From: a virus
Lineage: Duplodnaviria; Heunggongvirae; Uroviricota; Caudoviricetes
DNA: 64,000 bases
Virus record (IMG/VR): IMGVR_UViG_3300032093_000003
Strand: one strand, 5' to 3'
The notes under the pieces are model-generated. The model was not told where the DNA came from, ran no database searches, and was given only the letters and a program-made list of their open reading frames with translations. Made by a program: the position numbers and the translations under genes. Shown here one piece after another: positions 20,527 through 28,898 of the stretch. How positions within the stretch are numbered: the stretch's first letter is position 1; every line of letters begins with the position of its first letter.

Positions 20527-20769
20527 TTAACTTTTTCTCATCTCTCTATATTTTAGATATACACCGACAAAGAAACCCAATGATGAAGAATATTTTAAAC
20601 ATTCTTCCATAGTCGAACCCATCAACATAAGAATAATGAATGAGATGACAGTTGTACCGAAAACTTTCCAAAAGACACTAACCAATAAATAAAACAAACC
20701 GAATGGTAATAATAGAATAACAAAAAGAATACTGAGAATATAACCAAGTATTTTCGTTATTATTTTCAT
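20527..20769 (-). CDS. small membrane protein
   Basis: 80 aa, strongly hydrophobic. Confidence 0.65.
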   Translation of the reverse strand: MKIITKILGYILSILFVILLLPFGLFYLLVSVFWKVFGTTVISFIILMLMGSTMEECLKYSSSLGFFVGVYLKYREMRKS

Positions 20770-20837
20770 ATCATTATAAAATCATAATTTAATTTGATTA
20801 TTTCTTTAATCCTTTGTATGTTTTCTTGTAGATTCAT
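20766..20837 (-). pseudogene. leader-only stub ORF MNLQENIQRIKEIIKLNYDFIMI
   Basis: First 39 nt nearly identical to the starts of 20840..21718 and 21719..22237; stop after 23 codons. Confidence 0.6.
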
Positions 20838-20839
20838 TT

Positions 20840-21718
20840 TTATTTCACAATTTCTTTGAATTTATCCAAATAAACAGTTCTTTCGGAATCGACATTTATT
20901 AATTTAGTTGTTGGTGTCATATATTCGTCTTTGACTTTAATATAATATACACCATTGTCCACTACTCCGAGTTCATTCAAAAAGTAATTTATAAATTCAT
21001 CATCTAAACCATTACTTTTTAATAATCCAATCAATCCATCTTTTGTTAACTCAGTAGTTGGGTCTCCAATTGAAATATCAGGTTTTTGTTTTGTCACCTC
21101 ATACTTAGTTAAATATTGTTTCAAAACTTCTTTTGGGTCTCTTGGTTCCGTTAGTTTTCTAGTCTCAACATTTTTTAATAAAATATAAATTGGAGCGTGA
21201 AGTAAAACATTTTTAATCTTTTCGTTTGGTATATATTGTAAAATACCATTTCCGATATCATCTATTATAATTTTTTTATGTCCACCATATTTTACTTCTT
21301 GAGCCATATACCAATTTCTATAATCAAGTCCTTTTATTAAATCTTTATTATGTGGGTGCAAAGGGAAACCTACTGTTGTGTCTCCTCTTTTCTCTCCGAA
21401 CCCTCCTTTTCTTTTTTCCGCCATTTGTTTATGAAATTCTTCACCTGATTGTGGATTAGGTCCATCACCAGAGTGGTCGTATTTGATTCTGTTTTGAATA
21501 CATTGATCATCATCACATCCAAACATATCACTATCAATTTGAACCCACTGATTGGGGTCTGTTGATTTAAAAAATGGAACCGCATTTAAAATTTTAGCAG
21601 TTTGTGATTTTCCCGCAGATGACGTTCCATCAATCAAAATGATTTCTTTTTCTTGGGTTTCTTCCGTAAGAAGTCCCATTATTTCTTTAATTCTTTGTAT
21701 GTTTTCTTGTAGGTTCAT
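20840..21718 (-). CDS. P-loop kinase (chloramphenicol phosphotransferase/AAA_33-like)
   Basis: IILIDGTSSAGKS Walker A and KIIIDD Walker B. Confidence 0.7.
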   Translation of the reverse strand: MNLQENIQRIKEIMGLLTEETQEKEIILIDGTSSAGKSQTAKILNAVPFFKSTDPNQWVQIDSDMFGCDDDQCIQNRIKYDHSGDGPNPQSGEEFHKQMAEKRKGGFGEKRGDTTVGFPLHPHNKDLIKGLDYRNWYMAQEVKYGGHKKIIIDDIGNGILQYIPNEKIKNVLLHAPIYILLKNVETRKLTEPRDPKEVLKQYLTKYEVTKQKPDISIGDPTTELTKDGLIGLLKSNGLDDEFINYFLNELGVVDNGVYYIKVKDEYMTPTTKLINVDSERTVYLDKFKEIVK

Positions 21719-22237
21719 TTAAGATTTATTAATTAACTCATTAATCAATTCATTGATTTTTTTTAAAGGTTCGTCAGTTCTTAAATCCAAATACATTTCA
21801 TTTGGATTATCTTTATTTGCATCAACAAAACCTAACTTTTTATAATACTCATGAAGTTTTGGTCCACTGAATTCGTCCCTTTTTAATGTAATGATGTTTA
21901 TTTTATTTCTTTTTGAGTGTTCAAAAATATTTTTTAATAATATCAATCCAATACCTTTAATTGCATCATTTTTTCTATCTATTCTTTCTAAATAGAATTC
22001 TTTTGTTTTCCATGGAAGTTCAAGTTCGATACCCATTATTTCATCTTCACCGAAATATTTAACTTCCGCAGTTGCATCACCCAAAGAATAATATATGGTT
22101 GTCACATCACTTATTGCTCCTTTATTTACTTTTATATCTGCGGGAGTATTGTTCAATTCTTCTAATGTGGTACTTTCATTTTCTGAAATTAACCCCATCA
22201 TTTCTTTAATCCTTTGTATGTTTTCTTGTAGGTTCAT
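21719..22237 (-). CDS. GNAT-family acetyltransferase-like protein
   Basis: KGIGLILLK and YYKKLGF motifs. Confidence 0.6.
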   Translation of the reverse strand: MNLQENIQRIKEMMGLISENESTTLEELNNTPADIKVNKGAISDVTTIYYSLGDATAEVKYFGEDEIMGIELELPWKTKEFYLERIDRKNDAIKGIGLILLKNIFEHSKRNKINIITLKRDEFSGPKLHEYYKKLGFVDANKDNPNEMYLDLRTDEPLKKINELINELINKS

Positions 22238-22282
22238 ATTACTATGTTTATTTCTTGTTCGGTAATTATAAGTTTTCTCATA

Positions 22283-23332
22283 TTATATGTAATTATTTTC
22301 TCTCAACATAAAATGACCTAATTCAAATGTTAAAATAGATTTAATATTTTTTTCTTCCCAGTATGGTATTCTTATTAATTGTATGTTGTTATCTTTACAA
22401 TAATTTGTTTTAATTAAGTCTCTTTCTTGTAATGACTTAAATCCTTCTTCTCCACCAAAATACTCAATAGGTTCAAAATGTTGGATACCGTCATATTCTA
22501 TACACACCTCAGTACCATCATTTTTTATTACATGAGCATCAAATTTTAGTTTATCACAATATCTTTTACCACCATAACCAAAGCAACCATCGAAAGATTT
22601 TTGTTTATTTACTTTATAACCTAATTCGTTTAATACACTTATCACCTGAGATTCGCCCTTACTTTCTTTTTTACCACATATAGGGCAACCTGTTTTTCCT
22701 TTTTTTAGGTTATGTATGTTTATACCTTCTTGAGCAAAAACAAAAGGTGTTGTGTGTTTTGTACATATAACATCTTTAACAAATAAAGTTTTATTTTTTA
22801 AACCATCCGTCTTATAAAAAAAATTTTCAGGTTTAAATGATAATCCTCTCTCCGCGGGAAAAGAATTAATCCAATCTCTCACATTTATTTTTACTGCAGA
22901 TATAATTCTATCTTTACCACATTTTCTACAACCGTTCCCCCTTATTTTTAAATCTTTTACATTGATGTTATTTGATATACCATGTTCCTCACCATTTTCA
23001 TCTGTTTTATGACATTTTATACCATCAATAAATCTTCTACCGTTTATTAATCTATATTTTACATTGGAAAAATCTAATTCAGGAAATTGTTTAATTAATT
23101 CTTGGGTTACCACATCGTCATCTTTTTTTTTAGGGGAGATTCTTAACAAATATTTCGTAATATCACCCCATGTATTTGAATCGTAGTTTCTATAAATGTA
23201 TGTTTTTATGCCTGAATATTTAGGATCTTTTCTAAAATCATCCATAGACGAAAATTTAGAAACGTAATCTTTAACATCACTTAAAGTCCATATTTTTTTT
23301 TCAATTTCATATAATATTTCTAATAATTTCAT
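22283..23332 (-). CDS. zinc-ribbon plus PD-(D/E)xK endonuclease (DUF559/Vsr-like, putative homing endonuclease)
   Basis: GCPICGKKESKGE, LKFD, IEYDGIQHF and RDLIKTNYC...LIRIPYWE. Confidence 0.8.
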   Translation of the reverse strand: MKLLEILYEIEKKIWTLSDVKDYVSKFSSMDDFRKDPKYSGIKTYIYRNYDSNTWGDITKYLLRISPKKKDDDVVTQELIKQFPELDFSNVKYRLINGRRFIDGIKCHKTDENGEEHGISNNINVKDLKIRGNGCRKCGKDRIISAVKINVRDWINSFPAERGLSFKPENFFYKTDGLKNKTLFVKDVICTKHTTPFVFAQEGINIHNLKKGKTGCPICGKKESKGESQVISVLNELGYKVNKQKSFDGCFGYGGKRYCDKLKFDAHVIKNDGTEVCIEYDGIQHFEPIEYFGGEEGFKSLQERDLIKTNYCKDNNIQLIRIPYWEEKNIKSILTFELGHFMLRENNYI

Positions 23333-23383
23333 ATTATCATAAATATTCTGAAAAATTTCCAGAAATTTTTTTTTTCAGTTTTA
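23328..23383. repeat. about 55-bp direct repeat, copy 1
   Basis: TTCATATTATCATAAATATTCTGAAAAATTTCCAGAAA(T)10CAGTTTTA. Confidence 0.85.
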
Positions 23384-24823
23384 TCGATTAAAGTCCAATT
23401 TTAGGATTTTTAAGAATTGATCAAGTTTATCATTAATGTTTTTTGTACCTATTTTTTCTAATTTTTGGTTTAAGTTATTTATTTTGGTATAGAGTGTTGG
23501 ATTTGATAATCTTGCAAGACCTGATTTAAATTCTATAGAAGAGGTTATTTGACTTGGATTATGTTTATAGTTATTTATTTCTTTTTCATAATTTTTTATA
23601 ATAATACTAACCACTGAGTTATTGTTTCTTTTTATAAAGTCTTTGATATTTTTAATGATTTCATTATTTTCTATTGGTTTTGTTACTATACCATATATAA
23701 CATCCATTTTAGATAATTCTGTTTCCATTAATTTTTGTATGTTATCATACATTGGGTCAATGATATCTTTAGGTAATTTTTTAAACACATTTATTCCGAA
23801 TGTACTGATTAAGATTGAAGTTAAAAAATCGGGGTCATATACCGATAAGAATTTTTTTAATACATCGTATCTTTTATTTATTACTGATCCCCTTATTATG
23901 AATTTAACTTCATCTAAATTATTTGAATTTGTCTTTATTAATTCTATTATTTCATCAGATGGTTTATTGAATATATTTTTATCTGATCTAATATTTTCTT
24001 TATTTGTTATTTTACTATATTCTATCATCCATTCTCTAATAAAGTTTTTAAAGTCATTATTAAATTCACCATAAAAATGATAAGCATTTCCAAATTCACA
24101 AACACTTGATTCTAAAAATCTACTTATTGGGTCTTTTATGTTCCAGTCTCCCCTTTTTATAAGATAAAAGACTAATAGTCCATTTTGGACAGTATTAATT
24201 ATTACTCGACCAGAACCTTCACCGACATCACCAAATCCGGCTGATGGTATTCCCGTTTGTAATATATTGGTATATTGTGTTAAGTTTTCACAAGATGTTA
24301 TTTTCGGTTTTGATGACATTTCGGCAATATCATGTGAGTGTCTTGAAATTACAACATATAATTTATCCTCACCTTTATATTCTTTAGTTAGTGCACCTAA
24401 AAAATCAGTATAATTTTTTAAAAGTGTATTGTCATTATCATTTAATACTTTGGTTATTTTTATTTCTTGTCCGTTTCTTTTATTTTTTGCGGTATTTTTA
24501 TTAAAATCAACAATTGAGTAACCTAATTCTTCTAAACTTGATGATATTTGATTTTTTAATTTATCATCTAATTTAATGTCTATTTTTAATTTTGGTGTAT
24601 GTTTGGTTGGTGTAATTTGTTCACCAGTTTGTAGATCATAGTATAAACGATAGACATTTTTACCAAATATTTCTGTTAATTTTTCTTCATAATCTGATTT
24701 TAATTGTTTTGATCTAATTTGTTTAGATAGGTTAAGTGAAATATATTCATTAATTAAATTAAAATTAGATAACGTATTTTTAATAATATTTTTAAGTTGC
24801 GATTCTTTAATTAAAATTTTCAT
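23381..24823 (-). CDS. hypothetical protein with MKILIKESQL leader
   Basis: 480-aa ORF. Confidence 0.75.
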   Translation of the reverse strand: MKILIKESQLKNIIKNTLSNFNLINEYISLNLSKQIRSKQLKSDYEEKLTEIFGKNVYRLYYDLQTGEQITPTKHTPKLKIDIKLDDKLKNQISSSLEELGYSIVDFNKNTAKNKRNGQEIKITKVLNDNDNTLLKNYTDFLGALTKEYKGEDKLYVVISRHSHDIAEMSSKPKITSCENLTQYTNILQTGIPSAGFGDVGEGSGRVIINTVQNGLLVFYLIKRGDWNIKDPISRFLESSVCEFGNAYHFYGEFNNDFKNFIREWMIEYSKITNKENIRSDKNIFNKPSDEIIELIKTNSNNLDEVKFIIRGSVINKRYDVLKKFLSVYDPDFLTSILISTFGINVFKKLPKDIIDPMYDNIQKLMETELSKMDVIYGIVTKPIENNEIIKNIKDFIKRNNNSVVSIIIKNYEKEINNYKHNPSQITSSIEFKSGLARLSNPTLYTKINNLNQKLEKIGTKNINDKLDQFLKILKLDFNR

Positions 24824-24873
24824 ATTATCATAAATATTCTGAAAAATTTCCAGAAATTTTTTTTTCAGTTTTA
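24819..24873. repeat. about 55-bp direct repeat, copy 2
   Basis: Same as 23328-23383 except for a 9-T tract. Confidence 0.85.
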
Positions 24874-24897
24874 CCCCTATTGATCCGATTTTCAGAT

Positions 24898-25082
24898 TTT
24901 TTCCGGAAAAATTTCTGTTACGGCATTGTCCCCCCTTTCTAACCCCCCCTAAAAACCCCTATTTAAGGGGGGATACGGGAGGGGGGTGGTATAGGGGGGA
25001 GGGGTATGTAGGGAGATAGGGGGGTCGCCAGAGAAATTTTGAATCGGGACGGGGGTGGTCGGTCTGTATCTTGGATAGGGGG
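24898..25082. other. C-tract then G-tract island at the divergent strand switch
   Basis: Palindrome TTTTTCCGGAAAAA, three C-runs, then at least 10 G-runs of 3-6 nt. Confidence 0.7.
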
Positions 25083-25087
25083 TATAA

Positions 25088-25114
25088 AAAAAAGGTATCG
25101 TTTCCGATACCTTT
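25088..25114 (-). terminator. intrinsic terminator
   Basis: AAAGGTATCG/CGATACCTTT stem with T-tract on the minus strand. Confidence 0.75.
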
Positions 25115-25142
25115 GTGAACTCATTAGAGTCAATTTAAGACC

Positions 25143-25664
25143 TTATCTTTCTACAATGTAGTGAACACCACCCAAAGTAATTTCCTCAATAGAACTCAAC
25201 TTAAATGATTGTACCAACACTCTCCTTTCTTGTGGTTGTCTTGAACTCTCACTCACTTTAACAAGGTAACTTTCAAACAATGTCTTTTCAACTTCGTTAC
25301 CCTCAAAAATGTAACTTACATTCGGTTTGATTTCGTCAAATCTTTCAACTTGTAAGTAGTGGGAATTGTGTTTCTCATTGAACAAAACACACTTTGAAAT
25401 ATGAACACCCACCTTATTTTCCTCACTCACAAAATTACCCTCTCCACCCTCTTTTTTATCATTGGTATTCACTCTCGTTTCGTACTCATTTCCAATAAGG
25501 TAGTTACATTTGTTCACTTTGAACACCTTATCATAATAAGGGTTATTTGTTTTGTTCATACGAACTTTTGTTTTGGAAACGATATTAACAAAGGTTGATT
25601 TATCAACATTCATTAAGATTTCCAATAATTCAGTTTGTCCGATTGTTTTTGTTTCTTTGTTCAT
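25143..25664 (-). CDS. hypothetical protein, paralog of 31677..32204; contains no alanine
   Basis: Shared KTKVRMNK..NPY.DKV and SSRQPQE motifs; ATG at 25664 downstream of the promoter. Confidence 0.75.
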   Translation of the reverse strand: MNKETKTIGQTELLEILMNVDKSTFVNIVSKTKVRMNKTNNPYYDKVFKVNKCNYLIGNEYETRVNTNDKKEGGEGNFVSEENKVGVHISKCVLFNEKHNSHYLQVERFDEIKPNVSYIFEGNEVEKTLFESYLVKVSESSRQPQERRVLVQSFKLSSIEEITLGGVHYIVER

Positions 25665-25687
25665 AGTTTTAATTTTTAATTGTTTCA

Positions 25688-25750
25688 CAAATATACACCC
25701 TCAAAATGTATATTTCCAAATTTTTTTTTCCCTTTAACAAAACTTTAACA
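25688..25750 (-). promoter_or_regulatory. Bacteroidota-type promoter (TTTGG...TATATTTG) with an adjacent TTAACA direct repeat
   Basis: TATATTTG at 25695-25688 and TTTGG at 25720-25716; TTAACA at 25734 and 25745 on +. Confidence 0.75.
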
Positions 25751-25893
25751 TTTCGGGGGTGAAGGTTCGGGGTGACTTTTTTCGTGGCGAGAACCTACAA
25801 AGATACAAAATTATTTGTTAATAAAAAGTTAAAGTTTTCGTTAACAAAATTTTAAGAAAAAAAATTTGGAGGTGAACCCGTGAAGGTTTGGAT

Positions 25894-25976
25894 TTTCTGT
25901 GGCGTGTAGGAAAAAAACCACAAAGGTACGAAATTATTTGTTAATAAAAAGTTAAAGTTATTATGAGCCAGAGAAA
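25894..25976. repeat. spacer element (gap 63), plus an extra left arm at 25779-25788
   Basis: TTTCTGTGGC 25894-25903; GCCAGAGAAA 25967-25976. Confidence 0.7.
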
Positions 25977-26103
25977 AAGTTTTCCGGGTGATCCGGGGTT
26001 TACCCGTAAAATTCTTTAACATAACATTAACATTCGGGTTGATTGTTTTGGGGTGTATAAGGTGTATATTTGTATATCGTTCACAAGTTAAAACTCTACT
26101 ACT

Positions 26104-26478
26104 ATGTTAAAAAGAACTCTCACACTCGGACTTCATCATTGGACTGACAATGACTTAATCCTGAACTTTTATGTTACCAAATTCGGTACTCGGTACATTC
26201 ATTTGAAAACCGAAGAAGAACTCTCCAAATTCATCGGTACAACTCCTTGTTCGTTTACCAAACAACAGATGAACTTCCGTTACCTTATGGGGTGTAAATC
26301 AAATGTCCTGACTGACTACTCCAAACTTCAAAAGTTGGTGTTTGAAATGTTTGATGAAATCTCCTTCTACGAATTTCATCAAATCGTGAAAAAGATAGTT
26401 GGACAAGATGAATACGAAAGAAATAAATTCTTTGTGGAAAATGGATATAACCCTGAACGAATGATAATGATAAGTTAA
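26104..26478 (+). CDS. hypothetical early protein (no alanine)
   Basis: 124 aa; promoter TATATTTG at 26065-26072. Confidence 0.75.
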   Translation: MLKRTLTLGLHHWTDNDLILNFYVTKFGTRYIHLKTEEELSKFIGTTPCSFTKQQMNFRYLMGCKSNVLTDYSKLQKLVFEMFDEISFYEFHQIVKKIVGQDEYERNKFFVENGYNPERMIMIS

Positions 26479-26498
26479 TCGGGTTGGAAACTGAAACG

Positions 26499-26527
26499 AA
26501 ACCTCAACAGAAATGTTGGGGTTTTTT
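26499..26527 (+). terminator. intrinsic terminator, identical to 29975-30003
   Basis: AAACCTCAACAGAAATGTTGGGGTTTTTT. Confidence 0.85.
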
Positions 26528-26571
26528 ATTTCCCACAGAACTCCGTGTTCACCAGATTCGCTGGTGGTAAA

Positions 26572-26689
26572 TTTCTTTGGCTTGTAGAACCAGTTAGAAG
26601 ATGTGGTTGGGGACACCGCATGCGAAAATATTTCTGTGGCGGTTGTCTTACATAATAGGGGTATTACAGGAGGTTACACGCCAAGGAAA
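26572..26689. repeat. spacer element with two left arms (gap 39)
   Basis: TTTCTTTGGC 26572; TTTCTGTGGC 26631; GCCAAGGAAA 26680. Confidence 0.8.
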
Positions 26690-26809
26690 TTCCATAATCC
26701 CGGATCACCTGTCGTGTCATCGTATTACACATTCACAAAACTTTAACAAAATAAATTTGGATATAAGGGTATAAATTGGTTAACTTTGACGAAACAAACT
26801 TTCAAAGTT

Positions 26810-27091
26810 ATGTCTTACACAAAAGAAGAAATCAAAATGAACTTGTCAAGAAACCCTAAATGGATAGAAAGAGCGTTGGTTGTCTTACATAACCTCCAAA
26901 CTACCGAAGAACAAATCACAAACGAAACAATCAAAGAGAATGGGGTTGGTTTTAATTCATCGGATAGTCGGTATCTCTCCTATTGTGCGAAATGGATAAA
27001 GGGTGGTAATCACTTAAACGAGAAACACCTCACTAAATGTGGTCAGAAACTCCCAAAGTATTGGAAACAAATACACTCAATGATTAAGTAA
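26810..27091 (+). CDS. conserved phage hypothetical protein
   Basis: ERALVVL...QTxEEQ...NGVGFN motif; ATG at 26810. Confidence 0.7.
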   Translation: MSYTKEEIKMNLSRNPKWIERALVVLHNLQTTEEQITNETIKENGVGFNSSDSRYLSYCAKWIKGGNHLNEKHLTKCGQKLPKYWKQIHSMIK

Positions 27092-27180
27092 CTTCACACT
27101 CCACTCAAAACATTAAACCTCCGATAGTATCGGGGGTTTTTTGTTAGAACTCCGTGTTCACCAGATTCGCTGGTAGATAT

Positions 27181-27224
27181 TTTTTGTGGCGGATAGGTAC
27201 AGATTAACCTACTCGCCATGGAAA
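27181..27224. repeat. spacer element (gap 24)
   Basis: TTTTTGTGGC / GCCATGGAAA. Confidence 0.8.
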
Positions 27225-27343
27225 ATTATCCTGATCGCAACAGCGGTTCACGGGGAAAATTCGTTAACAACATTTTAACAATAAAAATTTGGAAATATAA
27301 GGTATAATGTCGTATATTTGATAAACAATTAAAAACTACTACA

Positions 27344-27523
27344 ATGGACAAAATCACTCTCACACTCCTTCTCCTTACACTCGGACTAATGGGGTTAACA
27401 ATGTTATTCTCTCACTATATGAGGAATGACAAAATCTCAAACATTTTTCTTCGTGTTTTATTCGGTTTGACAATGATGACATTCACTCTCTTTATGATGG
27501 ACATTTTTCTCTCAAACATTTAA
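27344..27523 (+). CDS. 59-aa membrane protein
   Basis: MDKITLTLLLLTLG...; two hydrophobic segments; directly after a promoter. Confidence 0.6.
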   Translation: MDKITLTLLLLTLGLMGLTMLFSHYMRNDKISNIFLRVLFGLTMMTFTLFMMDIFLSNI

Positions 27524-27535
27524 TAACTACCAACT

Positions 27536-27874
27536 ATGACACACGAACAACTACACAACTTCGTATCGGAAAAAGGTGAAAGGGAATTTAACCCACAAGA
27601 AACCTTACAAGTATTAACCCACAACAGAACAACATATTGGTCTTGGGGTGTATCTAAACTCCTTAATATGTTTAATAAGGGGTTATGTTTGAAAGTATCA
27701 GGACATCACCACAAAGGTTGGGTAATCATCACACTCGGTTTTACAGACACTTACTCGGTGTTTTATGTATCAAACAATGGTAAAGTCAAAGATGAACAAC
27801 ACTTGGTCTATTTTGACGAACTCACCGAAAGGATAGATGATAAAATCGAACGAATACCGATTTACAAACACTAA
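27536..27874 (+). CDS. hypothetical early protein (no alanine)
   Basis: 112-aa ORF followed by a terminator. Confidence 0.75.
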   Translation: MTHEQLHNFVSEKGEREFNPQETLQVLTHNRTTYWSWGVSKLLNMFNKGLCLKVSGHHHKGWVIITLGFTDTYSVFYVSNNGKVKDEQHLVYFDELTERIDDKIERIPIYKH

Positions 27875-27967
27875 TCACGAAATCGTAATACAGAAACCCT
27901 CGACAAAAGTCGGGGGTTTTTTGTTTTTCCACAGAACTCCGTGTTCACCAGATTCGCTGGTGGTGAA

Positions 27968-28019
27968 TTTATGTGGCGGATCGTATTACAGATAAAGGTG
28001 GTATTACACGCCACATAAA
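27968..28019. repeat. spacer element (gap 32), perfectly complementary variant arms
   Basis: TTTATGTGGC / GCCACATAAA; two GTATTAC copies inside. Confidence 0.85.
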
Positions 28020-28058
28020 TTTTTTGGTTCAGATCCAGGTTTCCACCAGTGAAACTCT

Positions 28059-28114
28059 TTAACAATAGATTAACAAAATAAATTTGGAATATAAGGTTTA
28101 ATGATGTATATTTG
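28059..28114 (+). promoter_or_regulatory. type example of the early promoter: TTAACA-N5-TTAACA, TTTG (-33), TATATTTG (-7); about 25-30 such promoters between 26.0 and 50.7 kb
   Basis: TTAACA at 28059 and 28070; TTTG at 28083; TATATTTG at 28107. Confidence 0.85.
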
Positions 28115-28137
28115 TTAAACAATTAAAACATACTACA

Positions 28138-28392
28138 ATGGACAAAAACAAACTAATTAACAGAATTGAAAACATTGGTTTTCTTCTCGGTTGTTTTATC
28201 GGTTTATTAACACTTATGATGTTGGGGGCGGAACCTACTACTTGGGATGAGGATGGGTTGTACGATTATGAACACCTTTGGGATAAAGGAAATTCGGGTT
28301 GGTATGTTATGTGGACTTGGGTTTGGTCAGTTGTTACTTTGATTGGGTTGATAGTGGTTAGGTCATTCATTAAGAAAAGTTTAACAAAATAA
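28138..28392 (+). CDS. small membrane protein
   Basis: Two hydrophobic segments. Confidence 0.7.
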   Translation: MDKNKLINRIENIGFLLGCFIGLLTLMMLGAEPTTWDEDGLYDYEHLWDKGNSGWYVMWTWVWSVVTLIGLIVVRSFIKKSLTK

Positions 28393-28449
28393 ATTTGGTT
28401 TTACTCGGTATAAGTTGTATATTTGTATAAACAATTAAAAACAAAAATT

Positions 28450-28644
28450 ATGAAAAAGTTTTTCAGTTCTATTCTCGGTTTTCACTTGACAATTATGGTT
28501 GGGTTGGTTGTTATGTTTTACTTCAACAACTTGGAAGATAACTACCTAACAATCATTAACAACATTTTCTTGGTTATGATGTCTTTATCCGTTGTGTTAT
28601 CGGTGGTCTTATGTTACTTTGACAAACGAATTTCTAAAAGATAG
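28450..28644 (+). CDS. small membrane protein
   Basis: ATG at 28450 after its own promoter. Confidence 0.65.
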   Translation: MKKFFSSILGFHLTIMVGLVVMFYFNNLEDNYLTIINNIFLVMMSLSVVLSVVLCYFDKRISKR

Positions 28645-28746
28645 TTGTAGTTTTAATTGTGAACGAAACCACTCCGAAAGGGGTGGTTTTTTTATTTGTG
28701 GTATTACACAAAACTTGAATCGCGGTTCGAGCTGGGATTACACCTT

Positions 28747-28790
28747 TTTCTGTGGCGATCCGTATTACAGAAACCCACTCGCCATAAAAA
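28747..28790. repeat. spacer element (gap 24)
   Basis: TTTCTGTGGC / GCCATAAAAA. Confidence 0.8.
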
Positions 28791-28898
28791 AAGTTTACCA
28801 GGACGACAGGTATGAATATGGTTTTGAAAAATAAATTTGGAATCAAAAAATATAAGTTGTATATTTGTGTATTATCTAACAAATTAAATTTATATCAA

